DNA of 64,000 bases from Eledone cirrhosa (GCA_964016885.1 OZ024741.1:295244001-295308000); one strand, 5' to 3'; shown: positions 25,854 through 40,207, counted from the first letter of the stretch. Made by a program: numbers and translations. Notes: generated by a model not told the origin, from the letters alone.

Positions 25854-25923
25854 ATAAGAAATCATCAGGAAAGTCCTTTCCTGATGATTTCTTATGAATG
25901 AAACAGTTCTAGTCTTATAGAAG
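25854..25923 (+). ncRNA. Hammerhead-like motif preceded by a short antisense arm
   Basis: tttc-CTGATGA-tttcttatgaat-GAAA-cag-ttctagtc-tta-TA-gaag, with a fold-back at 25854-25895. Same family as 62383-62486. Confidence 0.55.
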
Positions 25924-25940
25924 TCATTTCTATAATAATA

Positions 25941-26362
25941 ATAATGGTTTCTTATATAGGCACAAGGCCAGCAATTTTGGGGGAGGAGAAAGTCAATTAA
26001 ATCGACCCCAGTGCGTGACTGGTACTTTATTTTATCGACCCCATAAGGATGAAAGGCAAAGTTAACCTTGGCAGAATTTGAACTCAGACTGTAAAGGGAC
26101 GTAACTATGCTAGAAAGCATGGTGTCCAACCCTCTACCGATACTGCCAATATAATAATGATAGTAATTGTTTCTACTTTAGCAATTTTTGGGGAGAGGAA
26201 AGTCGATTAAATCGACACCAGTACATTACTGGTGCTTTATTTTATCGAGCCCGTAAGGATGAAAGACAAAGTTAACCTTGGCGGGATTTGAACTCAGAGC
26301 GTAAAGGGTCGTAACTCTATGCCGCTAAGCATGGTATCTGACGCTCTTCCAATTCTACCAAA
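25941..26362 (-). mobile_element. Two tandem major SINE copies (longer subfamily)
   Basis: Copies at 25941-26150 and 26163-26362. Confidence 0.9.
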
Positions 26363-26391
26363 ATAATGATAATAGTAATAATAATAATGAT

Positions 26392-26426
<35 letters not shown>

Positions 26427-26435
26427 ATGTATGTT

Positions 26436-27210
26436 TAACCCTTTAGCATGAAAGGCAGACTGTATGATGCGTGTATACGAACAGCAATGTTACATGGAAG
26501 TGAAACCTGGGCGCTGTCTGTAGAAGACTTGCGCAGATTAGAAAGAAATGAAGCTTGCATGCTCCAATGGATGTGTAATAGTAATATACGCGAACGGCAA
26601 AGTATAAACGAATTGAGAGAGAGACTGAGCATCAGAGGAATCAAATGCTGTGTACAGGAGAGGAGGTTATGTTGGTATGAACATGTGATGCGTATGAAGG
26701 ATGACAACTGCATAAAAAGGTGCAGAGCACTAGAAGTCGATGGAAGCCGCAGAGTGGGGAGACCCAAGAAGACCTGGGATGAGGTGATAAAGGCCGACCT
26801 TACCCAATTGCACCTCTCAAGAGCAATGACACATGACCATGACCTCTGGCGTCACACAGTAATACAGAAGACCCGACCCCCCCACAGGAACAAGCCGAAG
26901 CTGAAGCATATAGTCAATATGCCCCCACACCCTCCCACTGCAAAGTGGTCATGGAGGTGCCACGGCAACAAAGCACCCAGCCCACACTGTAAAGTGGACG
27001 TGTAGGCGCCACAGAATAAAAGCACCCAGCACTCAGTGTAAATAAGGTTGGTGTTAGGAAGGGCATGCAGCTGTAGAAATTAAGCCAGAATCAGTTCCTG
27101 TATGAGCAAGACAAGGTCAGCCGACTGGACACTGCCCACAACAGGACAACTCGTCTAACCCATGCTAGCATGGAAGAATGGACGTAAAACGATGATGATG
27201 ATGATGATGA
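26436..27210 (+). mobile_element. 5'-truncated RTE-clade LINE (ORF C-terminus, 3' UTR and (GAT)n tail)
   Basis: ORF 26448-27005 contains KGRLYDACIRTAMLHGSETWAL...RRLCWYEHVMRM...RRVGRPKKTWDEVIKADL, the characteristic post-RT region of RTE elements. Confidence 0.92.
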
Positions 27211-27861
27211 TATATATATGAGGAAAGCACAAACAGGGGATAATTTTCCTTCATCAGTTGTCTGCTGGAGATCATGGATATTTCTATGCATCAAAGACAA
27301 TATATCTAACTCCAGTGCATCAATAACTAAAGGAGGTCATTGGGGAAAAAAAGGGAGAGAGAGAAAAAATATATAACAGAATGGAAAAATGAAGGAAAAG
27401 GAAAAAAACAGCGTGTGAGCAATTCAAAGAGAGAGAAAAAATTAAAGTCATCATCAGCTATATAATGTGTGAAAGTGTGTGAATTTGGCAGTCTTTAGAG
27501 AATTGAATATTTGTTCTAAGTCTCTGCGTTCTGAGTTCAAATTCCACCAAAGACCACATTGTCTTTCTTCCTTTTGGATCGATTAAGAAGGAACCAATCA
27601 GGTGCTGGTGCAGCATTCTCTTCTTCCATTTGTCATCTGCTGGATGTTTTGCTGTGTTAAAGGAGGAAGGGTGAAGTGAGTGTCTGTGTCTGCTCACAAC
27701 TGCATGAACAAAGTAAAGCCCTTTAGGGACACAAGAGTATATAGGTTTGTATAACTCTATATGTCTAGATTATCAGTGAAAAATGTTGATAACTATCTAT
27801 ACTTGTAGATCTTTAAAATGACAGTTGATTGAACACTGTGTATTAGTCTCCATACTGCATG

Positions 27862-28217
27862 TACTCTCGGGTTCCAAATAATAGAGGATGGCTGGAATAA
27901 GCAAGGGTAGGGAGTGATAGTTTTTTGGTTGTTTCGCTTAATTTTTTAAAAAACCAGAATTAATCATTTAGTTTACATATTGAGACCCCAACCAATCCTA
28001 TTTATTTTATAACCATATGGGATTTCTTTTAATGTTCTTTTTTGTCATGTATAATGTTTTTTAATGTCTAAAAAAAATTGTCACAGGAATGATACCACTT
28101 AAAATAAAATTTCACTGGAGATGGATTAGCAAAATTTAATAAGCAGGGGATGGGGAAATTTGAAAGATTAATAAGTGAGGGGGGGGGGGGGGGGGCATTA
28201 TTCAAGACCCAGGAGTA
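27862..28217. mobile_element. TA-flanked MITE (Tc1/mariner/pogo-like)
   Basis: Imperfect TIRs tactctcgggttccaaataat / attattcaagacccaggagta. Confidence 0.55.
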
Positions 28218-29668
28218 GTCATTTGACCTGAATAACACAGTAGACAAATCTTCCTGAACAAGCTCTTTGCTGTTTTTAAACATATAACTAACCACAGTAA
28301 TAAAGCTTACAAGATTGTTTCTAACAGATAATTCATGCTATCATAGGGAAATGGACATAAAAACGATGATGATGTACATTAGAAGTGTTGATTAAATTAA
28401 CCCTTATTCTTGACTGGGATTTTTATTTTAGTTGTCATTATTGAAAACCCAGGGAACCATCGATTGAGTTGGAAACCTATAACCAACAATGTGCTATTCT
28501 TCACAAAATGCAGGATGTAAATTTATAATAAACAAATAAACAATTTGTCGGAACTTTATAAATTTATCTCACTTATAAAAGATTAAAAAAGAGAACAGAG
28601 AAAAAACTCTACACTCTCAAATAGACAACATAACTTAACTATATACCACAGACAAGATGGCAACAGTGTTGTCATAAAGAACAGATAACGATATCTGCTG
28701 GATCACTCGTTCCATCTCACAGGCTTCTTTCCCAGGTATGATATCTGCATCTCATTTTGGCAGAGTAAAATGGCAATTCAGTGACTGGGGATACCAGGGG
28801 TCTCAACGGTGACTGGTACAAAATTCATTTTTGAAAGGTAATATTTGTTATTATTAGTTATATCCTTACAGAGGGTGGTGGATTGGCAGTATTGGTAGAG
28901 CATCGAGGTTGATAAAATAAAGTACCAATAACACACTGGGGACGATTTAATCAACTTTACCCTCTCACAAAATTGTTGGCCTTGTACCTAAATCAGAGCC
29001 CATTATTAATAATCCTTACCATGAGCCAACTCAAGTAAATAGTACTTCTATGCATTTGAAGGCAGAGCATGTTAACAAGAAACCGATAGTTTATGGCAGA
29101 TCATTACAATGAAAAAAATGGTAAATTTTAATTGGTGTTTTGAATAACCATCTGATTATATATATATAACCCTAACATTATATTTATGTCATTTTCCCTA
29201 TTTACACTGCTCAGTGTTTTTAACCTCACAGTAAAAATAGTGACAGTCCCATGAAGCAAAAATATAGACATAAAGGCAAAAATATCTACAAGAGTATAGA
29301 TAGGATGGGTTGTAGGTCTCAATATGTAAACGAAATAACCAATTCTAGTTTTTAAAAAATATCAAGAGAAACCTAGAAAAATTACCGATTTTTCACAACC
29401 ACCCCCACTTATTCCACCCCCACCCCATTATTAGTATATAGAATTTACCTTGTTGGTCTGTTGTGTTTGTGTTTATCCATGGCACCAGCTAGAAGCTAAT
29501 TCATCACCAAATTACCTCAAAGTAAAATATGTCAGTTCCTTAATTGATTGCTTTTGCAATAGTAATTCTCTTTGCATTCCAAATACAAAGGAAATGTGTG
29601 TAAATCTATTATGAAGTAGCTGAAACTAAATAGCCTTTTGAAATCAGTGTTAATTTGTTAAAATCGAT

Positions 29669-29813
<145 letters not shown>

Positions 29814-31575
29814 AGCTTGCCAATTACAAGAATTGCATTGGTGCAATATATCATAATTTACTTGAGGTAAATTTTGACAATGTTTTAACTCTTAAGCACT
29901 GCCTGTTGAGCCAACAAGAGAGACTCTACGTGGTTTCTTAACCCACTAGAAATATCACCTAATTTGTTTTTAAATCATATGCCACTATATTAGAAAAGCA
30001 CACATATGATTTTGAGTTCTGGCAAATAGGAAAACAAACAGGATGGTCATAGTTGGAATACTTTGATCATAGGCTTGCTTGATTGAAGCCAAGTTTAAAT
30101 AACTACAGGAAAAAATTGACCAAATCATGCAAATGATCTATCAGAACATGATAGCCATCAGGTAAAGTCTTCAAGTCAACACTACGACAGCCTTGAGGTC
30201 ATATTACTACATTGATGCCACAACTGTACATTGCTTGAATCAATTTCTAGAGATTTAATCTCTATAATAAATAGTTAACATAACTAGCATGTTAATCTAT
30301 ATATGTAAAAAGAGCTCCATTAACCCTTTCTGTCTCACCAATAAGCCACTACTGTACACAGTACAGCATACTATCTTTACTAGAAACATGTAACTTGATA
30401 TATGTTATGCAGAGCTTGTTTGGCAGATTCTTCTCTCATTTATTTCCATGCACTGTGTCTACTCATAATCATCATTCACCTCTCATTTATTCTTTATCAT
30501 CACAATATTGATAAGTTGAAATCAATAATAAAAGAAAAAAAAAACATTAAGCAGACAAGATACTGTATACTTCAAATGAAATTACATAATTAATATAATT
30601 ATGGTAATTTCTGAACAAATTGTTGTCCTTTTTAGAAAATATGACATCCATCAGTTGGTCTGTCAGACATCAAATAAAACTAATGGTTTGGTATGAAACA
30701 AAGTCCTGTTCTATTGCTTATGTCTCTACTTTGTCAACTTATTTTCTACACTTTCACATGATTGGGTGGGATGAAGGAAGCAACATACTTTGATGAACTA
30801 ATTGTTATATTTTCTTAATAATTAACTAGAAAATGTTCATGAAATGGGTGTGAAAGGGTTTGAATACCATCAGCATTGGATTATTTTTGCTCGACATTTT
30901 AATAAATTGCAACAAGTTTGAAGTTTGACTGGAATAGAAATATCATTGTGGTGGTGGTGGTGGTGGTGACAGGTGGTGGTGAATGTGATGGTGGTGGTGG
31001 TTCTAAGTGTTTAGAGTATAGTTTTGTTTCACAACTCCATTACATAATATTTTACCATTTCATCCATTTTATAAATATTCAACAAGTATCTCGAATTTTT
31101 GTTTACCTCTAGCTACTCAAATGCTGGGAATATTTGATTTCTTCTTATTTTAGCAGACAACAATAGCACCATCTCCCGAATGTAGCAGATTTTATTTAAT
31201 ATACACATCAGATGAAATGTGTGCCCTAAAAAAAAATTGGAAACAATTTAACACTGTAAGAGAACATTCTATAAGGATTCACTATAGAAGGAGAAAGGAG
31301 AAACATTGAGAGAGAGGTGAGGTAGAGTGAGAAAAAAGAGGGAGAGAGAGCAAGAGAGCAATAAAACACAAGTCAGTAGAATTGAAAGAAAAAGTATAAT
31401 TAAGTTATAGAGTAAAACAGTTGGCTACATGTGCATGTATGTATGTGTGCATGTATATGTCGGAGATATTTATATATTAAATAGTTCAAATTATTAAAAA
31501 ATTGTTGGGAATGTTCTCAAGGCAATGCATAAATAAAACTTATGATGATGTAGTAAATGTAGAAAAACAGTGTGT

Positions 31576-32005
31576 CATCATCATCATCATTGTTTTTATG
31601 TCTGCTTTTCCATACTTGCATGTGTTGGACTGGTCCTTCTCAGTATGTCATGTCACCAAACATCACTTTCCTTTATCTTCTCTGAGTCTCAGCGATTTGA
31701 AGTTAGTTCTCACAACCTCTGCTGAGGTCTTTCTTGGTCTACCTTTCACTGCAATCCCCTGGCATTTCTTCACCCAGCGATCATCATCAATGTGCATCAC
31801 ATGTCCATACGAAAGCAGTCTTCTCTCCCGCACACCATTTCAGATTTCTCTTAAATCCAATTTCTCCCTCAGCTCATCCAACCTCTGCTTTTCTCTCTCA
31901 CGTATGTTGCACATCTAATGAAGCATGGTTGCTTCATTTCTCTCCAGTCTACACATGACCTTTGTAGTCACAACCCATGTTTCACAACCATGCAACATCA
32001 CACAA
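31576..32005 (-). mobile_element. RTE LINE 3' fragment
   Basis: Homologous to 6817-7230 and to the reverse complement of 26450-26830; (CAT)n tail. Confidence 0.8.
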
Positions 32006-32539
32006 TCTGTCCTGAGGGAAGTCTTGTATTCTCAGTTACTTTATGCCACAAAAACCAGCATAAGCTCCTGCCTGATGAGTCTCCAGGCTCGAGAGATTTT
32101 AGACTGTTTTATTTTTTACTAAACTCTATAAGTGTGTTGTCCAGTACTGCTATCTTAATGATTAAGATCTTCAAAATAGCCATTATCATTTTATCTGTCA
32201 AATAAATAATGGTAATTTTTGTATTAATGTTATTATTGATCTCTAAAACAATAATGATAATTGCCAATGTGATAATTCCCCATTACTAAATCAATTTTTT
32301 TTTAAAAATCATTAGTATTAGTAATTTCAGAGATAAAATAGATTGAGAGAAGATATAATGTTATTTGTTTGGATAAGTAATGTTAAGATTAGATTAGATG
32401 CTAGAATCATATGACTGTGATAATCTTGAACTACTTTAATGGTGATGAATTATTCCTTCTTTCCTTGGGTTCTCAACTCCTTTTGGAATCATAGTGTTCT
32501 TTTTGTCACATACCATGTGGTCTGTCTTGGGCATCTTAA

Positions 32540-32741
32540 CCCTTTAACATTTAAATCGGATATATTCGGGCAGAATTCTCTCACCTCTTTCTGTTTGACC
32601 TGGCTATAACTGGTCGCTCATACTGATGTTAAGGTCTCAAAATAAATAATATCAAAATCTCATTGATTGGATATTATGTGAGGTAAGGCCTTTACTGTGA
32701 AAATACAATAGCAAATATAGAGTAATGCAAATGCTAAAGGG
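32540..32741. mobile_element. piggyBac-like MITE
   Basis: TTAA|ccctttaacattt...aaatgctaaaggg|TTAA, giving a TTAA TSD with CCC/GGG termini. Confidence 0.75.
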
Positions 32742-33794
32742 TTAAATCTGACAGAGCTCATCTCTCTCTGTGTCTGATAGCCAATTTATTTCAGAGATAG
32801 CAGGAGGTGCAAATTAAAGATGTATTGACCACAGACTGGTACGTTTCTTTTTATTGACTCCCAAGGAAATAAAAAGCAAATTTAACCTCAGTAGGTTTTG
32901 AACTCAAAAATGCAGAGAGCCAGAATAAACACCTCAAAATATACTATCTAACAATCTAACAATAGTTAGACCAATTTGATGCCTTAATAGATTATCATCT
33001 GACAGAAGTTAATAATTATTTCCCAGCTTCTGGTACAACAATGCCAGCATAGAAAGACAGGTACACCCTACAATGTAGTGCCAGACATCACTCTTTAAAT
33101 CCACCTCACCCTCTCATCATAAGTTCAACACTCTAACCACTAGGCTACACACCTTAACACACACTTGAAGCAAATAATATTATAAATTATTTTTGTTGGA
33201 TGTTTCTAGAAAGTAAAATACTTGTTCTGACTTTGTGTCTCCACTGTTGCTTTTATTGCTCCCATTTCTCTTTATTTTTGTCATTATCATCATCATCGTC
33301 ATCATCATCATTATTATTGTTATTATTGGTGTGTAAGATACCAGAGCTCTTTTGATGAATAGATCAAAAAAGATCTCAGGAATGATATGACAAGTTAATA
33401 AACAGTCCAAGACTATTTGTTTTCTACACACAAATGAAAATAATCATTCAAAGCATTATTTATGTTTACAACACAAGCAGTTTATATATTATTTTATAAA
33501 AAAGAAGAATTAGATATATTCGCTTTGGTGTTACGATTGTTGTTGTAATCATCATTTGTTGCAGTTTGAAAAGTAGGCTTTTTATATTTTAGTTGTCAAC
33601 AGATGTAAAATCTCTTATGGAGAAATTGCCCCTACAATTTGATTTGTGGCAGGCCCATTAGTCATTTAAATTTGTTATATTCTCATAAAGAGTGTGCTTA
33701 TGTGTGTTGTGTTTGTATGTATGGGTGTATACATGTCTACATATGTACACATATATGTATATATATATACACACACAAACGTGTGTGTGTATGA

Positions 33795-34116
33795 AGTCAT
33801 GTGGTTTTGTGGGTAGGTTATTCTGCTCATGATTATAAGGTCATAAATTCGATTCTCAGCAGTGTGTTGTGTCCTTCAACATGATACTTTATTTCACGTT
33901 GCTCCAGTCCACTCAGCTGGCCAAAATGAGTTGTGTCTCTAATTCGAAGGGCCAGCTTTGTCACATTCTGTGTCACGCTCAATCTCCCTGAGAACAAAAT
34001 TAAGGGTACATGTGTCTGTGGAATGCTCAGCCACTTGTACGTTAATTTTACAAGCAGGCTGTTTCGTTGATTGTATCAATTGAAACAGTTGTTGTCTTAA
34101 CCAACAGAATGCCAGT
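33795..34116 (+). mobile_element. Second SINE family, near full length
   Basis: tRNA-like head, 'gtgttgtgtcctt...actttatttcacgttgctccagtccactcagctgg' and a tail shared with 59845-60140. Confidence 0.7.
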
Positions 34117-34667
34117 TATTATATATATGTATGTCTTCATTCATCAATTCTCTAGTTTTTTGTATTGATTTAATTATTGCTGTAAAATTGGATTTATTGC
34201 TTTGATTATCAGTTCTATTTATCCAGATAATATTGTCCTCTCAGTTCTTAAACTAGTATGCATGCATGGTCCCGTAACTCATAAAAGAGACATTGGGGTG
34301 CCTTATTGACATACAGCGTTTCTAAGCTATTTTTAAACCTGGCAGAACCCATCTCCTCTCCAGCAGATTTCTTCCAGAGAAAGATAGAAGGTGAGTTAGA
34401 GAATGGAAGTGAGAAAGAGATATAGAGGAAGAATCAACTTGACTAGTACTTTTTTATTGACCTCGAATGAATGAAAGGCGAAGTTGACCTTGATGGGATT
34501 TGAACACAGAGAGCAGAAAGCCAAAACGAATACTGCAGTGTATTTTATCCGATGTTCTAATGACTCAGCCAATTAGCCATTTGTATACAACATATCAAAA
34601 TATGCTTAATGTTTTGTCTCTTTCTTTTTATCAGAGTTTTTGGTGGCTGCCTGGTTTCTTAGTGAGA

Positions 34668-34743
34668 GAATTATCTTTAGATGAATTATCTTTAGATGAA
34701 TTATCTTTAGATGAATTATCTTTAGATGAATTGCTTTAGATGA
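34668..34743. repeat. 15-bp tandem repeat (gaattatctttagat), about 5 units
   Basis: Direct observation. Confidence 0.95.
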
Positions 34744-35325
34744 TAGTAATATCAATATATGCCAGGTTATGTTGAGTTGAAATCCCACTGAGGTTAGCTT
34801 GGCCTTTCATCCTTATGGGATTCATAGAATAAAGTGCTAGTAAAGCAGTGGGGTCAATTTAATTGACTTTCCCCTCCACCAAAATTGTTGACCTTATGCC
34901 TAAATTATAAACCAGTGGATTGGCAGTATCAGTAGGGGGACGGACGCATACTTTCCAGCATAGTTATGTCCCTTTACGGTCTGAGTTCAAATCCCGCCGA
35001 GGTTAACTTTGCCTTTCATCCTTACTGGGTCGATAAAATAAAGTACCAGTAATGCACTGGGTATTTGCTGGCCTTGTGCCAAAAGTAGAAACAATTATTA
35101 AGGGTGAAAGATTGGCAGTATTGGTAGAACGTTGGACACCATGCTTCATGGCATACAGTTACATCCCTTTATGTTCTGATTTTAAATCCTGCTGAGGTTA
35201 GTTTTGCTTTTTATCTTTACAGAGTCAATAAAACAATGTACCAGTAATGCACTGGGGTTGATTTCATCAACTGTTTCCTCCCTCCAAAATTGCTAGCCTT
35301 GTGCCTATATCAGAAACCATTATTA
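34740..35325 (+). mobile_element. Three tandem major SINE copies
   Basis: About 34740-34912 (old), 34914-35099 (young) and 35101-35325 (longer subfamily). Confidence 0.88.
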
Positions 35326-35944
35326 TTATTAGTAGTAGTTGTTGTATCATATTTAGAACTAAATTCTGTCCCTATTGAAATATTATAAGGAATACAAAAA
35401 ATAACATTTTATTGAATAAAGCTAATTAAACATTGCTGCTTGGAAACGGAATTTGTTTTGTTTTGTTTTAAATATACTTTTTCAAACTAAATAGTTAACC
35501 TAAAATAAAATAAAAAGAAATTGTACATTGACACAAATCTTGAATGATATTGACTCTTATGAGATAAGTTCTAACTAGATATTCAATAGAACACCTATGG
35601 AAAAGGTGACAGTTAATATTACAACACCTGTTACTAATATATTGATTTAAAGATAGCTATTTTGCTATCTATTCAATGTTGCATGGATGAGATAAGCTGG
35701 TGGTCAGGTTAGTCTCAAATAGTTTATTACATTTCTAAATTATTTTCTGTTGAAAATTCCTCTCATCTTCAAATTCATTATATATGTTCATTAATTAATA
35801 TTTCAATTTATTTCATAATGATTTATAACTTTAAGTACATATCTTGCGTGAGCAGAGCAGAGAATGAAAACACACATTTTTGTAGATGTGTGTATATGGG
35901 AAAAAAACAGAAAAAATAGTGTGTGTGTGTGTATATATGTATAG

Positions 35945-36087
35945 AGTCGGCAGTACTAAGACCGGGGAAGTCACTAAACATGGGAGTACTCAATGCATGG
36001 GGAGATGCAGAGTAAGTATAGAAATATGTAAAATTCCGACTGTGGCGGCAACTGGTTTTGACTTGCCGCTGCAGCCAGGATTTTACA

Positions 36088-36088
<1 letters not shown>
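35945..36088 (+). repeat. Dispersed repeat, unclassified; second copy at about 50668-50805
   Basis: Shared 'agtactcaatgcat(g/a)gggagatgcagagt...aaaat(t/a)cc'; both copies are embedded in microsatellites. Confidence 0.75.
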
Positions 36089-36119
<31 letters not shown>

Positions 36120-36654
36120 GGATGGAGTTTGAAACAGAGAGAGAAAGGGAGGTATAGATATAATCTAACATTGAAAATGAGAAATAGATTTCAGATTTTA
36201 CATGAGATAATAATAGTATTAATGGTAAATATCTCTGACACACTGGGATATCTTGAAGATTGTTGTTCACCATAATTAACTGATAAATATCACTGCTTAT
36301 ATATCCTAGCTTCTCTCTGATCTATCATAATTTACTGATAGCCTGATAACTTTTAGCACCCGTAATATATTTACACAAGCATAATGTTTGTAGTTAAGTG
36401 AACTGAAAAGACAACTATGTTACACTCAGCTTCTCTGTTAAACAGCTGCTAGCCTGTTGATAAGAAAAATAGTGGAAATTGTCTAACTAAATCAGACAAT
36501 ATCAGCAGATAACTCGTTTTTAATTTCTTCTCAGCATGTGCATGCACATTCATGTTTCCCCACATACATACATGCATGCATTTTCACCCACCCAAATAAA
36601 CTTGCATATTGTCTAATACCGTATGGTTTACACATACTACATACAACATCCATC

Positions 36655-36690
<36 letters not shown>

Positions 36691-39044
36691 ACTATTTTTT
36701 TTTTCTTTTACTGGTTTCAGTCTTTGGAATGTAGCTATGTTAGGACACTAACTTTAAAGATTTTAGTCAACCATACTGACCTCATTGCTTATTTAAGTCT
36801 GATGTTTATTTTGCTGAACAGTTAAGTTACAAAACATAAAGGAACATAACATACACACACATATTCACATATCTATCTATACATGTGTGTGTGTGTGTGT
36901 GTGTGTGTAAACAATGGGTACTGTTTCTTTCTATAAAATTCCTATAGATGGATATTGGTCAACCTGAATGGAACAGACTTAACCATGTTGTCACATACTG
37001 GAATCAAACCTGTTATTACAAGGTGGTAAGGTGAAATTTCTAACTGCACAGCTGTATGCATCCATGCATACTATATAAATTACACCTTAAAGTAATGTGC
37101 CTGCTCATGCATCTATATACACAATCATATATATATTTAAATATTGTTCTTTATATTTTCTTAACATAGGTGCCCTCGTGTGCATCGCCATGCTTTGGTG
37201 TTGAGATGGGGGCTTCAAACTATTCTTGGTGGCAGATGAACTTTTGAAATAAGTTTATTACCATAAATTCTTCTAAATCTAACAATGAACTGTTATAAAG
37301 TAGGTGTGACAGTGTCAGCAGTAATGCCCAGATTTTGGCAAACATTAAAAAGTGCTTGAGTAATAATATCATCACCATTTAGTGTCTATTTTCCAAGCTT
37401 GCATGCAGTAGACAGGCTATCATGTTATTAGGTCAGCTAAACAGGCCATGTGGCCACATCTTGTTCATACAATCTGTTTTAAGCTTCATTTTCTATGACT
37501 GGAATTCTTTCTTCATGCTAACCACCTGACAGCATGGACTGGTTTTTTGTCATGCCACCAGAAGCAATATTTGTGGTTTTGTCCTGTGGTGTTATGATGA
37601 AAATATCAAGATTTCCAACTTTTGAAGTACCAATATAAAGCTGACCATGTGAAAAGACAGAAACCACCAGGTTTAGTCCAAGTGAACTTCTTAATCCCAC
37701 TGCCCTGCTTACAATGTGTATATGTTTGGACCTGTAATTCCTGACAGATGTACGGTATTTCTTGGGCATTTTTCAAACCTGGCAGAACCCCTCACCTCTC
37801 CAGGTCTGAACACAACTGATTTCTTCCAGAGAAAGATAAAGATAGAGTGAAGAACTGACCCCTGTACTAGACTGGTACTTGTTTTATTAACCTCAAAAGG
37901 AACGAAAGGCAAAGGTGACCTCAGCAGGATTTGAACTCAGAGCACAGAGAGCAGGAACAACTACTGCAAAGCAATCTAGCCAGCATTTTAAAGCTTTGCC
38001 AGTTCACTACCTCTTCATGCTTACAATACAGAATATTAAAAAGAAAGTGATGCAATACATATAAGGTTACTACTGTACTATTGGTTACAAGCTTATTTTA
38101 TTATTGATCCGGGCCATTATGCCATCGATCATTTGATTATAAACCTACTACTATATAAAGCCTTTAACACAGCACCAAACTGTTTACATTAGACAATATC
38201 GCTGATTCTAGATTTTTTTCTCACCTTACCATTGACTAGTTTAACAATATGAAGGTCATTGAGATGTGTTAAGGCAATTGTTACAACAATGTAAAGATTC
38301 ATGAATTTGACCAAAAAATAAAATTGGAAAGTAAATAGAAATAAAAAAATTCCCCAAAGATAACATTAAAAAAAAAATATAACTTGAAATAAAATAGAAG
38401 CGATGAAATATAATTATCATATATATGTATATGTAATGTTGCAGCTCTACTTTCCTTACAATATTTATTCTTTATTATATTATTTGAAATGAGATTTTGT
38501 AGGCCCAGTAGATAAGGCACATACAGGTTTTCCATAACTTATATGTGAATATATACAGTATAAATTTTTCAAATAAAATACATACTCTATATACTTATAT
38601 AGATAAATTACATGTCCATTTTACAGATAACATTTACAATGTACCATATATTTTGAATTGATCAAATAGGTCAAATAGATAATTCATATGCTGCTTTTTC
38701 ACATCATATTTCTGTGAGAAAAGGAGCAACATATATACATGGTATGCATTTTTTTAATTAAATATTATGTATACTCATGTACAATTTACATATGTAGATA
38801 AGTCGCATCTTCATTTTACATAAAACATGCTTTACAGCGAGTGTTCAGGTTTGCTTATAGCATTGTGGAATATAAAAAATAATCAGTTTGGAAGCCTCTA
38901 CAATGCAGATGGTTAAATCTTCTAGCAACGAAATCCAGTGGCAATAGAAAAAGGAAAACAAATGTAAATTAATATAAGAGGTGTAAGGAAAAAAGAGGAA
39001 AAAGAAGAATGCCAGAGTCTGTGTACCTTAAAAGATTTATTAGT

Positions 39045-39078
39045 CCCTATATTTCGGATTTGCATCCATCAACAGGGG
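39045..39078 (-). ncRNA. Minimal hammerhead-like motif
   Basis: Reverse strand: ccc-CTGTTGA-t-GGAT-GCAA-ATCC-GAAA-ta-TA-ggg. Stem II is perfect with a GNRA loop; core A6 is mutated. Confidence 0.5.
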
Positions 39079-40139
39079 TGTTTTTCAATTTAGTTACGGC
39101 CCTTTATGTTCTAAGTTCAAATCCCTCCGAGGTTAGTATTGCCTTTCATCCTTATGGGTTCAATAAAATAAAACACCAGTAATGCACTGGCTTTAATTTA
39201 ATCAACTTTCTTCTCCCCCAAAAAAGTGTTGGCCTTATGCCTAAATCAGAAACCATTACTTTTTTTAGTTATTTCTTTTTTAAAAAGCAGCAAATTGCCA
39301 GTGTTTTTTAAGCTTTCTGTACGCTAAGTTCAAATCCTATTGAGGTTAACTTTGCATTTCATTCTTTTGAGATTGATAAATAAAATACCAATCCAGGAAA
39401 GTGAACTGCAGGAATTGTTAGAGAGTTGGGTTTCTTGCTTATTTGGTATTTGTTCTAGTTCTTTGCATTCTGAGTTCATCTGTGATCAGATCCTACTAAA
39501 GTTTACTTTTGTAGGATCTGATCTCAGAACTATAAACAACGGAGTGCTCTGCTATCACAGACATCTATAAACATAGCACTGCAGATGCTATTGATCATGT
39601 TATAAATTTGTAATCTTTAAGAATATTCTCTATAGTTCATGAGGAATAACTACTTGACCATTTTGATACTAAGCCACCTGAAACTGCTCCCAGTTTGACA
39701 TAACAAAATTGTTATTTTAAAGTGTTTATATTTATCTAAAAACCTTCCATCATAATTTATGCAAGAACCTTTAAATTATGTTCCAAACACCAGCTTCATG
39801 GTTTGAAAGATAGTTATATTACTAATCCCATCAAATTATTAATTATTTGAAAATCACTGGCAGAGTTTTTCATTAGAAATCTATTAATGAAAGGGTTAAA
39901 GAAATATTAAATAGTTTTATTTTGATTTCTTTAACAAAAGAAATAATGAATTAATGTAGATAGAAGAAAATCTGTTTAAATATTGAATTGTATCTAAATG
40001 ATGCACCTTTCTCTGTTGAAATATCACTTGAAAAATATTTCATATTTCTTTCTCCTCCCTCTTTTCTCTCTCCACACAGATAAACACAATCACCTCTCTT
40101 TTTCGTCCTTCACAGCCACCTCTCCTCACAACACAATTA

Positions 40140-40207
<68 letters not shown>

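Noticed and set aside
26448-27005. 185-aa ORF as a host gene
   Set aside because: It is the C-terminus of a 5'-truncated RTE retrotransposon.
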